Shown piece after piece: positions 44,966-55,993 of a stretch of 64,000 nucleotides of DNA; positions within the stretch are counted from its first letter, which is position 1; each line of letters starts with the position of its first letter. The translations under genes and the position numbers were made by a program. The stretch comes from Alphaproteobacteria bacterium. Its GTDB lineage: Bacteria > Pseudomonadota > Alphaproteobacteria > UBA8317. Location: the NCBI GenBank assembly GCA_038131935.1, contig JAYPQH010000017.1, forward strand, positions 64,001-128,000, written 5' to 3'. The notes beneath the pieces are model-generated. The model saw only the letters and a list, made by a program, of their open reading frames with translations, had not been told where the DNA came from and ran no database searches.

Positions 44966-46293
44966 ATGTTTGATTTGCTTATCAAAAACGGAAATGTCTG
45001 GGGACCAGCCGGCGCTGAAATCATGGATGTTGGCATCATACAGGGTAAGATTCATGCGCTAGGTCATTTGGATCTTGCAGGAAAACAGATCATTGATGCC
45101 GATGGACTTGAGGTTATTCCCGGAGCTATTGATACGCAGGTTCATTTCCGCGAGCCAGGCTTAGAGCAAAAAGAAAATCTAGAAAGTGGATCAAGAAGCG
45201 CGGTCTTAGGGGGTATAACGGGCTATTTTGAAATGCCGAATACCAATCCTGGCACAACCACAAGGGACGCAGTTTTAGATAAATTACAACGAGCCCAGCA
45301 AAGCAGTTGGTGTGACTATGCTTTCTATGTGGGAGCTAGTGGGGACAACGTAGCTCAACTCCCTGAATTGGAAATGATGCACGGGGTTTGTGGAATTAAA
45401 ATATTTATGGGCTCTTCAACGGGGAATCTTTTGGTTGCTGATGATGAAACCTTGTTACGCGTATTGCGCTCAGGAAGACGCCGCGTTGCTATTCATGCCG
45501 AGGATGAAGAGCGCTTAATTGACCGAAAGCCATACCGGAAAATTGGTGACCCCTCCAGTCATCCTATATGGCGTGATCCAGAATCAGCGATCTTAGCTAC
45601 GAAACGGATCATAAATTTATCAAAAAAGGCTCATCGTCGCATTCACGTTCTTCACATCACAACATCAGACGAAGTGGACTTGCTTGCAAATGTGAAAGAT
45701 CTCGTCTCCGCTGAAGTTACGCCCCAACATTTAACGTTGTTTGCACCAGATTGTTATGACCGCTTGGGTACTTTGGCACAATGAATCCTCCTATCCGAGA
45801 GAATTCGCATAGGATAGGTCTCTGGCGTGGGGTGCAAACGGGTGTATTCGATGTTGTAGGATCTGATCACGCACCGCATACGCTTGAAGAAAAAGCACAA
45901 AAATATCCAGACAGTCCCTCAGGTATGACCGGTGTTCAAACATTACTTCCAGTCATGTTGCGTCATGTTTGCGAAGGTCGTTTGAGTATGCAAAGGCTGA
46001 TTGATCTTACTTCAGCTGGGCCCGCAAGGCTATTTGGATTAATGGGAAAAGGTCGGATTGCTCGTGGATTTGATGCGGATTTAACGCTTGTCGACATGAA
46101 GGCACAACATGAATTTGATAATCTACAGGTAGGGTCGAGAACAAAATGGTCTCCTTTTGCAGGCGAGGTATTTCCCGCTTGGCCGGTTTATACGATTGTG
46201 AGAGGTCATGTTGTTATGAAGGAAGGGAGGCTTCAGGAGCCTAATGCTCAAGCCATAAGGTTTTTTGAAACAGAACAAGTTCGAGCCGATTGA
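44966..46293 (+). CDS. pyrC: Dihydroorotase (apparent frameshift at ~45780)
   Basis: DTQVHFREPG, MPNT.P, HAED, EVTPQHL, then NPPIR and GSDHAPH. One A missing at caa/atg. Confidence 0.85.
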
Positions 46294-46312
46294 GAATGCT
46301 GGGTAAATTTTT

Positions 46313-46939
46313 ATGCTGGGGACGCTAATCAACGGTATTATTATTGGGATTTTTGTGGCTGCCCCAGTTGGGCCCGTGAATATAATCTGTATACAAAGAA
46401 CATTACGCCACGGTCGATTGAATGGTTACCTTGCTTCTTTGGGGGCTGTTCTTGGCGACACATTATTTGCTTTAGCAGCTTGGTTGCAATTCGGCGCCAT
46501 CAGAAATTTTCTAACCATCTATGGTGCAGAAATACAAACAATTGGTGGTTTGTTTTTACTTCTTGTTGGTTGCATAGGTTTCATCCGTGTGCAGTCAAAA
46601 ATTCCGGACACTAAGTCTTGGAACGATGATACGGGGCTTTATAGATCTATTTTCATGACGTTCATCATGACCATCACAAATCCCATGGCATTGCTTGGCA
46701 TGCTGGCATTATTTGCAGGTGCAGGTGGCTTTATGAATCAAGGTGGACCGTCGCAAACCGGTTATGAAATTATCATAGGTGTTGGACTTGGCGCTTCATT
46801 ATGGTGGCTTTTTTTAATTGCTATGATTGGGTATTTTCATGGTAGAATGAAAGACAATTTCTTGCGACGGATAAGCCAATTTTCTTCCCTTGCCATTTTA
46901 GCTTTTGCGGTTTTTGTTCTTATTTCTGCTTGGTACTGA
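46313..46939 (+). CDS. LysE family translocator
   Basis: APVGPVN..CIQRTL..G, TNPM, WW; about six TM helices. Confidence 0.85.
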   Translation: MLGTLINGIIIGIFVAAPVGPVNIICIQRTLRHGRLNGYLASLGAVLGDTLFALAAWLQFGAIRNFLTIYGAEIQTIGGLFLLLVGCIGFIRVQSKIPDTKSWNDDTGLYRSIFMTFIMTITNPMALLGMLALFAGAGGFMNQGGPSQTGYEIIIGVGLGASLWWLFLIAMIGYFHGRMKDNFLRRISQFSSLAILAFAVFVLISAWY

Positions 46940-46966
46940 CCCTCCACAACAGATAACTATCATTTG

Positions 46967-46996
46967 AAAAATGTACTTGTTTTGAGCAAGTACATT
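46967..46996 (-). terminator. Hairpin between convergent genes, probable terminator
   Basis: Perfect 10-bp stem AATGTACTTG/CAAGTACATT with a 7-nt loop; short T run on the minus strand. Confidence 0.55.
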
Positions 46997-47076
46997 GATC
47001 TGGCTTACAACAATGGGCCCTTCATTACTGGCTTGGGGCTTATTGTGTTTTCAAGACTATTGTTCAACCTGAAACG

Positions 47077-48516
47077 CTATGAAGCAGCTGCAATCTGCTC
47101 CAATAAGATACGGTCTGGATTAAATATATTGTTTGGGTCGAGTGCTTGTTTAATTGCGCGCATCATCTGGATGTCATGGGGGGATTTAAATCGCAATAGT
47201 TCTGCATTTTTCAACACGCCTATGCCGTGCTCAGCACTTATAGATCCACCAATTGATACCACAAGGTCGTGGATTTGTTCATTCATATTGACCCAGCGAG
47301 ATAAAAAATCTTCTTTGTCCATGTCATCAGGCTGGGAAACATTATAGTGCAGGTTGCCATCACCGAGATGTCCAAAAGCAACGATGTGAGACCCAGGAGC
47401 AATGTTTTCCACAATTTTTGCCGCATCATCCATAAATTGAGGAATAAGTTGCACTGGCATAGAAATATCATGTTTGATTGAGCCGCCGGCATATTTTTGC
47501 GCTTCGGATAGGTCTTCTCTGATGAGCTTCATCTCTTTTGCTTGGGTATCATTTTGAGCCCAAGCGGCATCAAAAATTAAGTTGGCTTCGAAGGCTGTTG
47601 TAAGGAATGTTTCGGTCAGCCCATGCAAGGCACCTGGTTCCTGCCCCCCGTCAAATTGTAAAAGGACATACCAAGGATATTTTTTATCGAGAGGATCTCG
47701 ACGCCCTGCAATATGTTGTACAACCAAGTCTAACCCAAACTGTGGAATGAGTTCGAACATAGAGAGTTGGTCTTGTGCGATTGTCTGGGCATGCTTCAAT
47801 AATTCCACGGCCATAGATGGGCTTTCTAACCCCATCATAATTGTTTGATTGTCCCTTGGGCGAGAAAACAACTTGAGACTTGCGGCCGTAATAATTCCTA
47901 GAGTGCCTTCAGACCCTATCATGAGATGTCTAAGATCATAGCCTGTATTGTCTTTGCGAAGCCCAGATAAGCCGTTGTGAATGGCACCATCTGCGGTGAC
48001 GAACTCTAGCCCTAAACATAAGTCACGCATGTTGCCATAACGTAAAACGGCGGTGCCCCCGGCGTTGGTTGCAAGGTTGCCACCAATTGTACAGCTACCT
48101 TCAGATGCCAAAGATAAGGGGAATAATCGGTCTTCTCGGGCGGCAGCCTCTTGAACATCAAGAAGAGTCATTCCCGCATCCACGGTGATGGAATTGTTGG
48201 CAGGTTCTAATTTTCGAACTTGATTCATGCGTTTTGTTGATAGGATGAATTCTTGTCCATTACGTGGGATTTGGCCCCCGACGAGCCCAGTGTTTCCGCC
48301 TTGGGTCACCAAATGTCCACCATTTTCAGAAATAATACGCACGATTTTACTGACCTGTTCAGTAGAGCGTGGCATGAGTGCAGCAGCTGTTTTGCCAAAG
48401 AATTTGTCACGCCACTCTCGTAACATAGGTGCCAAAATATCTTCATCTGTTATGACAATATCTGGTCCAAACTCTGACATTAAGATGTCTAGGCTTTGTG
48501 GTGATATGGTGGTCAT
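47077..48516 (-). CDS. FAD-binding oxidoreductase (D-2-hydroxyacid dehydrogenase-like)
   Basis: GGNTGLVGG, IGGNLATNAGG, KDNTGYDL, GHLGDGNLH, SAEHGIG, DP.NI.NP. Confidence 0.9.
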   Translation of the reverse strand: MTTISPQSLDILMSEFGPDIVITDEDILAPMLREWRDKFFGKTAAALMPRSTEQVSKIVRIISENGGHLVTQGGNTGLVGGQIPRNGQEFILSTKRMNQVRKLEPANNSITVDAGMTLLDVQEAAAREDRLFPLSLASEGSCTIGGNLATNAGGTAVLRYGNMRDLCLGLEFVTADGAIHNGLSGLRKDNTGYDLRHLMIGSEGTLGIITAASLKLFSRPRDNQTIMMGLESPSMAVELLKHAQTIAQDQLSMFELIPQFGLDLVVQHIAGRRDPLDKKYPWYVLLQFDGGQEPGALHGLTETFLTTAFEANLIFDAAWAQNDTQAKEMKLIREDLSEAQKYAGGSIKHDISMPVQLIPQFMDDAAKIVENIAPGSHIVAFGHLGDGNLHYNVSQPDDMDKEDFLSRWVNMNEQIHDLVVSIGGSISAEHGIGVLKNAELLRFKSPHDIQMMRAIKQALDPNNIFNPDRILLEQIAAAS

Positions 48517-49466
48517 GGTTTTTCTCCATTGGCTTGCGCAGCACGCTGTAATCGTTCGTTAATGGCAAGGCCTAGGCCTGTTTTGGGTATAGGTGCTACC
48601 GCAATAGTAGTAGCCAACTGTCGATCTGCTTCTCTCAAAGCGTGGAAGAGGAGTCGAGCTGCTTCATCAAGGTTTCTCGACGGTGAGAGATTGAAATCAA
48701 CATTACCTTGATTTGATCCAAAACCGATGAAAAAATCAACATAACCGCGCCTTTGTCTGTTCAGGTAAAGTTTTCCCTTTGGTGCATAATGGCGATGACG
48801 CATTCCAGGAGAAGGTGAGTCTTCATGGTTTTGAGAAATAACAGGTGCAAATCTCTCAAGTTGTTCAATGGTAATCATTCCAGGGCGGTAGAGATATATG
48901 CGCTCCTCTAAGCAGCTGATAACGGTACTTTCTAGTCCTCCTGGACATGGGCCGGCATCCACAAATGCAGGTATGTCGGACCGTTGATCTGCCATAATAT
49001 GCTCTATTCTTGTTGGGCTGGGTCTGCCTGATATGTTCGCTGAAGGAGCTGCCAATGGTCCTGCTTGGTTGATGAGGTATTGAAAAGTTTGGTGTGCAGG
49101 TGCCCTCACAGCCAAGGTTTTATGGCCGGCGAGTACAGATGGAGCAACCCCATGGTCGGGCTTCAAGGGCATGACCAAAGTGAGTGGGCCAGGCCAAAAT
49201 TCCTCTATCAATCTAGATGATAGAGGATCTACTGAGACCATTGTTTCCGCCATCTCAAGGTTGGTTACATGGACGATAAGTGGATTATCGCTTGGCCGTC
49301 CTTTGGCCTTAAAAATGGCATCCACTGCTTGTGTGCTGAAGGCGCGACCCGCCAAACCATATACAGTCTCGCTTGGCACAATAATACATTGCGAACTGCA
49401 TAAAAGGGATGCTGCCTCTTCTAAATCTTGATGGTTGCTCGCTTGTAAATATTTCATTGCAATCAC
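48513..49466 (-). CDS. tsaC: L-threonylcarbamoyladenylate synthase (Sua5 type)
   Basis: PSETVYGL, KGRPSDNPLIVH, FWPGPLT, APSAN.SG, PGM...HYAP. Confidence 0.92.
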   Translation of the reverse strand: MIAMKYLQASNHQDLEEAASLLCSSQCIIVPSETVYGLAGRAFSTQAVDAIFKAKGRPSDNPLIVHVTNLEMAETMVSVDPLSSRLIEEFWPGPLTLVMPLKPDHGVAPSVLAGHKTLAVRAPAHQTFQYLINQAGPLAAPSANISGRPSPTRIEHIMADQRSDIPAFVDAGPCPGGLESTVISCLEERIYLYRPGMITIEQLERFAPVISQNHEDSPSPGMRHRHYAPKGKLYLNRQRRGYVDFFIGFGSNQGNVDFNLSPSRNLDEAARLLFHALREADRQLATTIAVAPIPKTGLGLAINERLQRAAQANGEKP

Positions 49467-50305
49467 AAAAGACTTAGTGATGGTTCATCCATACCAGCAC
49501 CAGGGTTTAAAACCGCCCAACTCGCTAATTGTTGTGTAAGCCAAGTAAAGCCCTCATCGATATCATCTGTCATATGAAGATAAGATAAAGTTTTTTCACT
49601 GATTACACCATGGTCTATCATGGCGTTAAAATTGATGACTTGTGTCCAATATTTTTTGTTTAACAATAAAATGGGGCATGGTCTGTCAATTTTCTGATTT
49701 TGGAGGAGGGTGAGTATTTCAGAAAATTCATCAATGGTTCCAAAACCACCTGGGCAAACCACAACAGCCTTCGACAAATATGTTAGCCAAAACTTTCGCA
49801 TAAAAAAATAGTGAAATTGAAAGCTTAATTCTGGGTCAATATAGGCATTCGGTTCATGTTCACCTGGTATGGCAATGGACATTCCTATTGAAGGTGTGCC
49901 CGCGTCTTTTGCGCCACGGTTGGCAGCTTCCATAATACCTGGGCCACCACCTGTTACGATGGCAAACCTGGTGCCCATTTCATCTGATGAGTATGTCTTG
50001 CTCCATTGAGCCAGTGAATAGGCAAGCTTTTGGGCATCTTCGTACGCATGTTGGAGTGAAAGTTTTTGCCTTAATGCTTGTATTTCGGCTGGGTCTGTCG
50101 TGTTCGCCAATCGTTCTTGTAATGAATGAGCTTCTTCTGGGGAAGGGATGCGTGCGGATCCAAAAAAGACAATCATGTCCTGAATTTTGTGCATTTTTAA
50201 ACGATCCAGAGGATCCATATATTCTGCCATTATTCTCAATGGTCTGGCCGTGGAGCTATTCATAAAAGATGAATTGTCAAACGCTTTTGGTGGTCTACGA
50301 GACAT
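49463..50305 (-). CDS. LOG family nucleotide phosphoribohydrolase
   Basis: FFGSAR, TGGGPGIMEAANRGA, FHYFFMRK, PGGFGT.DE. Confidence 0.88.
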   Translation of the reverse strand: MSRRPPKAFDNSSFMNSSTARPLRIMAEYMDPLDRLKMHKIQDMIVFFGSARIPSPEEAHSLQERLANTTDPAEIQALRQKLSLQHAYEDAQKLAYSLAQWSKTYSSDEMGTRFAIVTGGGPGIMEAANRGAKDAGTPSIGMSIAIPGEHEPNAYIDPELSFQFHYFFMRKFWLTYLSKAVVVCPGGFGTIDEFSEILTLLQNQKIDRPCPILLLNKKYWTQVINFNAMIDHGVISEKTLSYLHMTDDIDEGFTWLTQQLASWAVLNPGAGMDEPSLSLL

Positions 50306-50420
50306 TAAATTTTCTCCACTACAAGATGGCGCGGTGCGGTGTCATCTGTCTATTCTCTACCTGCAAATAACACCTGTTGCCAAATGCTATGTTATCTGTA
50401 TAAAAGCTCAACTCTGCGAT

Positions 50421-50495
50421 TGGGGTGTAGCCAAGCGGTAAGGCAGCGGTTTTTGGTACCGCCATGCGCAGGTTCGAATCCTGCCACCCCAGCCA
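50421..50495 (+). tRNA. tRNA-Gln (anticodon TTG)
   Basis: TGGGGTG acceptor stem, GCCAAGCGGTAAGGC D-arm, GCGGT-TTTTGGT-ACCGC anticodon arm, GGTTCGAATCC, encoded CCA. Confidence 0.96.
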
Positions 50496-50640
50496 TTCAA
50501 ACATGGTTCTTTATTTTTACATTAAAAAATACAAGCTATCTTACCTCATAGGAATAACCTTTGGCTGCGTCCCTTGCGTCATTAGGAATGATTGGTCAGT
50601 ATGTTTCTAAGTATTTATCTCAAAACTGGGGAAACGTAGC

Positions 50641-51591
50641 ATGTTTAAAAAGATTATTTATCCTCTTGCGGCGCTATCACTTATGATTGGTACAGCGGGT
50701 GCTGAAACACGAGTAACTTACAAATCGGCAAAGTCAACGTCTTCTTATTACCAGATGGCTGTTCAAATTGCTGAGGCAATGAAGTCTGGGACAGACGGCA
50801 ATGTCATCGTAACGGTCGAGGAAAGCCAAGGCTCAGTTCAAAATGTTATGGAGTCGGCTGCAAGACCAGGGAATTTTGTGTTCACGACACCACCTGTTTT
50901 GGTCAAATTGGCACAGTCAGGTAAGGCTATGTTCAAGGATAAGCAAAATCCAAAGTTTGATACCATACGTGCTTTGTTTCCTATTCCTTCTCTTACCATG
51001 CATTTTGTTTTGTCAGGAAATGGTAACAATGCTTCATTTGCTGAACTTGAGGGCAAAAAAATATTGTTGGGCAAGGGGTCATTTGGTGCGCGTGAGGGTG
51101 CCAAATATCTAAAAATGTTTGGACTTGATGAAAAGGTTTCTCTAGCAGAGGTTGAACTTTCCAATGCAGTTCCAGCTTTGAAGAATGGACAGATCGATGG
51201 TTTCGTCACAGCAGGATCTTACCCTGCGCCAAATGTGATTGAGGCTGCGGCTTCAACTTCTGTACGGTTGGTCTCTCTAAGTGATGAAGAAATTACCCAG
51301 ACCAAGCGAACGAAAATTACCATTCCAGCTGGCACATATGCTGGGCAGACAAATGACATTCAAACCACCTCTTTGCCAGTTGTTGCCTACACCACAACCC
51401 AAATGGATGATGCGACAGCCTATCAACTTACCAAAACATATTGGGAAGGAAAAAAGGCAATGGGATCAGCCGCACGTTGGTGGGATGGAGTTGATGGATC
51501 CATGTTGGCGAATATAAGTGGTAAAATCCATGCCGGCGCCCAGCGTTATTATGACGAGATAGGATTATCTTTGGCTGATCATCATCGTTGA
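50641..51591 (+). CDS. TAXI-family TRAP transporter solute-binding protein
   Basis: Signal peptide, SQGSVQN, LKNGQIDG, IPAGTYAGQ, IHAGAQRYYDE. Confidence 0.9.
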   Translation: MFKKIIYPLAALSLMIGTAGAETRVTYKSAKSTSSYYQMAVQIAEAMKSGTDGNVIVTVEESQGSVQNVMESAARPGNFVFTTPPVLVKLAQSGKAMFKDKQNPKFDTIRALFPIPSLTMHFVLSGNGNNASFAELEGKKILLGKGSFGAREGAKYLKMFGLDEKVSLAEVELSNAVPALKNGQIDGFVTAGSYPAPNVIEAAASTSVRLVSLSDEEITQTKRTKITIPAGTYAGQTNDIQTTSLPVVAYTTTQMDDATAYQLTKTYWEGKKAMGSAARWWDGVDGSMLANISGKIHAGAQRYYDEIGLSLADHHR

Positions 51592-51658
51592 TTTTGGAAG
51601 TCATCCAATTGAGGGGACGTTTTGCCATGGGTAAAACGTCCTTTTGTTATTTAGGAGT

Positions 51659-53421
51659 ATGATGTTGCAACGTTTTTGGGTCTTGTGGGGCTTTTTAATT
51701 GTGGTGTTCCATCTGGGGCTCATCGGTTGGGGCTTGGTCCCCAATTTGGTGGCAAGACCCTTACACCTAGCTTTGGCGATCCCTTTTATCATGTTTGTCG
51801 TGCCTCGCTGGAGTTTTTGTATGGATGCCAAATTCTGCTCGGCATCCTTATGATGATCAGTTGCTTTTATGTGGCGTTGGCCCATGACCAACTCTCAGAT
51901 CAATACGGATTTTTAACAGGAGATATACAGTTTATCATGGCTGGGGTTTTGCTCCTAGGTGTCCTTGTTATGGCCAAGCAAGCTATTGGTTGGCCTCTTC
52001 CCATTGTTGCTACACTCGCACTTCTTTATGGTCTCTTCGGTGAGTATGTTCCTGGAGAATTTGGCCACCCAGGTATTCCTCCAAATATCTTTTTAGGCAC
52101 CTTAACAATTGCAGAAGGTGGCCTCTGGGGAAGCCTCACAGCTGTATCAGTAGAAATTGTTGCTGTGTTTGTGATTCTTGGTGCTGTGATGAATGCTGGT
52201 GAAGCAGGGCAGGGATTTATGAATATTGCGGGCTTCCTTGCAGGTCGGTTGCGGGGTGGAGCCGCAAAAATTTCTCTTCTTTCGTCAGCATTGTTTGGTT
52301 CTATTTCAGGGTCAGCATCTGCGAATGTTGCGTCTACCGGTATTGTGACACTTCCGACAATGAAGAGATTAGGTTATCCCTCCTCATTAGCAGGTGCTGT
52401 TGAGGCTGTTGCCTCTTCTGGAGGTCAAATCATGCCTCCACTGATGGGGGCGGGTGCTTTTGTCATGGTTGAGCTGACGGGCGAGAGTTACACAACGATT
52501 ATGTCTGCTGCTTTTTTACCTGCATTGTTGTATTTCTTTACTGTGTGGATGGGTATTGATGCTTATGCTCAGCGCTTAAATCTCTCGCCCTTACCTCGTG
52601 ATGAACGACCAACAATGGTTGCTACATTGTCCACAAGTGTTTTTTTCATCGTACCTTTTATTCTGTTACTGCTGCTTCTATTTGTAGGTGGCTTCACCCC
52701 CTCCTGGGCTGCTGGGGTTACTGTGCTGTTGGCTATTTTTTTACTGGTGCTATCTCCACAAGGGCTGCAAAAAAAGAATGTTGTATTGAGTCGCTTCGAA
52801 CAAGCGCTGTTGGCATGCGGAAAACAGGTGGCAATGATTGCTTCTATTATTGTGTGCGCGGCCATTATTGTGGGTGTTCTCTCCCTAACGGGGCTTGGCG
52901 TTAAGTTAACATCTACCATCTTAGGGGCCGCACAGGGATCGTTGTTTTTGGCATTATTGTTTACGGCACTCGCCTGTCTTCTTTTGGGAATGGAAGTGCC
53001 TACCACAGCTGCTTACGTCATTTGTGTATCTGTCGCTGGTCCTGCACTCATAGATCTCGGCCTTCCTATTCTCGTTGTACATTTTTTTGTGTTCTGGTTT
53101 GCATTGTTGTCTACGATTACCCCGCCTGTATGTGGGGCTGTCTTTATCGCAGCGAGCATTGCGGAGGCTAATTGGCTGGCTACCGCAGTGAAAGCGATGA
53201 TACTTGGTGTAGGGCTTTATGTAATACCCTTTGGGATGGTGATTGCCCCCGAAATCTTATCCTTTGGTGAAGATCCACTTCAGGCGATATTACAAGCATT
53301 TTGGCTTGGTGTTACGCTATGGTGTCTGTCATTTGCGCTGATTGCCAAACATCTTTGGTATATTAGAGTGGCGCTTTTGGGGATCTCGCTTGGGAATTTT
53401 GTCTGGCTTTCCTATGGTTGA
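51659..53421 (+). CDS. TRAP transporter fused permease (apparent frameshift at ~51816)
   Basis: GSISGSASANV, EAVASSGGQIMPP.MGAGAF, LGM..PTTAAY, ITPPV; the N-terminal helices are in another frame. Confidence 0.9.
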
Positions 53422-53487
53422 TGTATTCCTTGCAGCGATGAACAAGTTATTTCCCAAGGAAGGTTAACGATCTCTCTTTACGCAAGG

Positions 53488-54354
53488 TTATTGAGCTTGA
53501 AGTTGTTTTAAGACAGGTCGTAGATAGGTTAAAAATTTTTCAGGATTCTCGCTCATGGGGAAGTGACCTAGTTCAGGCATAGGGATGAATTGAGCTGATA
53601 ATTTTGAGGCCAATTCTTTGGCATCTTCCAGCGTTGCTGAATAATCATATGCGCCCGACATCAGAACAATAGGGCCTGTCTTTTGTTCTGAAATAAATTC
53701 TATATCGTGATCTGTTAAGCGCCCGTCCCATTTGTAGAAATGCAGATCACCTTTAAAAACACCTGGTCCCGATTGCATATAATGCCACATGGTCTCATAC
53801 ATGTCGGCATTTGGGCTTGTTGGTGCCATAAGACCATAAGCAATCGCACCACAAATTTCACCACCATGCACATCATGTCGATGAAGCCAATCAACATCAT
53901 AATATGGTGGCACGTCTGGTGAAGATTGAAGGCCCAAAAATGCACGAAACCTATTGGGATAATCTCGAGCCAAATGCAGTATGACCCTTCCTCCAATAGA
54001 ACAACCCATAACAATAGGGCGTTCGAGATTTAGTCCGTCTATAAACGAAATGATTGTGGCCATATATTTGGAAGCCTTTAACTCGTAAGCATCCCAAGCC
54101 TTCTCAGATGGAGGTGAAGATTTGCCATGATAGGGTAGATCAAATGCTAAAACCCGAAAATGACGTGTGATCTCTGGATCGTTCAAGATAGCGCGATATT
54201 GTCGGCTGTCTGAGCCAGCGGTATGTAAGCATACAAGAGGAATGCCACGACCAGCTTCTTCCCAATATATGCGATGCATGGTGCCATCTATGTCAAAATG
54301 ACCATAGTGCCCTGTGATATGTTCTATTTTGCTATCATATGTTGGCCGCCTCAT
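53488..54354 (-). CDS. Alpha/beta hydrolase
   Basis: LHTAG oxyanion region, DLPYHGKS, GCSIGG nucleophile elbow, GAYD acid, GHFPMSE catalytic His. Confidence 0.88.
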   Translation of the reverse strand: MRRPTYDSKIEHITGHYGHFDIDGTMHRIYWEEAGRGIPLVCLHTAGSDSRQYRAILNDPEITRHFRVLAFDLPYHGKSSPPSEKAWDAYELKASKYMATIISFIDGLNLERPIVMGCSIGGRVILHLARDYPNRFRAFLGLQSSPDVPPYYDVDWLHRHDVHGGEICGAIAYGLMAPTSPNADMYETMWHYMQSGPGVFKGDLHFYKWDGRLTDHDIEFISEQKTGPIVLMSGAYDYSATLEDAKELASKLSAQFIPMPELGHFPMSENPEKFLTYLRPVLKQLQAQ

Positions 54355-54712
54355 CTGGGCTCATTCGTAAACATGCTAAAAGTAGCTTAAAATACAAAAG
54401 GTGGGTCATAAACGGTTGTAAGTTTCCGTGGACTTGTAATCTTTTACGCCGTAACAATGCCATCAAATCATGATAACCTGGTTTTGGTATAGGCTGCATA
54501 AATTCAATCCAAGCTTCTTCATCTGCCATGATGGAAAAATGCGCGCTGGCCATCACAAATGGTCCCTTTGATACATCTATGATGATACCATCATGAATGC
54601 TGATGAGCCATTCATCTTGGGACATTCCCACAATGAGCTTTGTCGTTAATCCACGACCTAATGGCAATATTCTAGGATCAGCATGCTGCGCAGCTATCAA
54701 TTGTTCGAACAT
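54335..54712 (-). CDS. Hypothetical protein, possibly SCP2-like lipid-binding fold
   Basis: 125 aa overlapping the hydrolase start; strand pattern plus F.I.A..EAW..F and L.V.G.L resemble SCP2 domains (inference). Confidence 0.6.
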   Translation of the reverse strand: MFEQLIAAQHADPRILPLGRGLTTKLIVGMSQDEWLISIHDGIIIDVSKGPFVMASAHFSIMADEEAWIEFMQPIPKPGYHDLMALLRRKRLQVHGNLQPFMTHLLYFKLLLACLRMSPDEAANI

Positions 54713-54833
54713 GGCATTCCTCATTTGGTTTGGCATCATATTGTGATGAGTCTCGACTTCTAATCAAGTCCTTGCCAATCGTTTCATTTGACGTAACGAT
54801 AAAGCGTAATTAGAACGATAGAGGTCTTGGTTC

Positions 54834-55993
54834 ATGCGCAAAGTTCCTAAGTTATTTTCTCCTTTTTCCCTTCGATCTGTCACGATAAATAACCGTATCG
54901 CTGTCTCGCCCATGGCAATGTATATGGCAAAAGAGGGTATCCCTGATGCCTTCCACTTGGTGCATTATGGAAAATTTGCCATGGGAGGAGCAGGGGTGGT
55001 TTTTGTTGAAGAGACTGCTATCAGTAGAGAAGCGAGGATAACCAATGGATGTCTTGGCTTATGGAATGATCAGCAACAGCATGCCTTTTCTCACCTTGCG
55101 CAAACGATACATGAATTGGGTGCCCAAACATGTATTCAAATTTCTCATTGTGGTAGGAAAGGTAGCGCACAACGGGCGTGGGAGGGTAACAGCTTTCTCA
55201 ACGAGGCAAATATTGCTGCTGGAGATGAGGCATGGATTCCTAAGGCTGCATCGGCGGATGCTTTTGCGGACGGCTGGACAACGCCAGAGGCAATGACACG
55301 CCAAGATATGGATGATGTCATAACTGGGTTTGTTCAAGCCAGTAGCAGGGCTTATGATGCGGGATTTTCCATGATTGAATTGCATATGGCTCATGGATAT
55401 TTGTTGCAGGGATTTTTATCTCCTTTGGCCAACAAAAGATCGGATAATTATGGGGGCAATTTAACCAATAGAATGCGCTTTCCCTTGAAGTTACTGAGGC
55501 GGTGAGGTCTGCCTTGCCAGACAACGTTCCTCTATTAGCCCGAATATCTGCAACGGATTGGATTGAAGGTGGTTGGGATATGGAAGACAGCCTTGCTCTG
55601 GTTGAAGCATTGAAGAATAGAGGGGTAGATTTGATTGATTGCTCTTCTGGTGGGAACATGGTTGCAGGTGCAACAAACGCAAACATAACCCGCGGGCCAG
55701 GATATCAAGTCCCATTCTCAGAACGTATCAGGCAAGAAACAGGCATAAAAACACAGGCTGTTGGTCTGATAAGAACCGCTGAGCAAGCTGAGGAAATTCT
55801 TCAGAAAAACCAAGCTGATCTTGTGGCGATAGGGCGGCAAATGTTGGTAAATCCCTTTTGGGCCCATCATGCGGCGGAGTATTTTGGCGTTACAAATGAT
55901 TTTGATGATTGGCCTCAGCCATATGGTTGGTGGTTGAGCAAGTGGGCCAAAGGGCTGAATGGATTAGGAGAAAAGGTGCTGCCACATGAATAA
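54834..55993 (+). CDS. NADH:flavin oxidoreductase, old yellow enzyme family (apparent frameshift at ~55483)
   Basis: NRI.VSPM, GF..IELHMAHGYLL..FLSP..N.R.D.YGG, RIS..DW, PGYQVPF, IGR. Confidence 0.9.

Noticed and set aside
46964-47347. 127-aa ORF downstream of the LysE gene
   Set aside because: Mostly antisense to the FAD oxidoreductase and spans the terminator-like hairpin.
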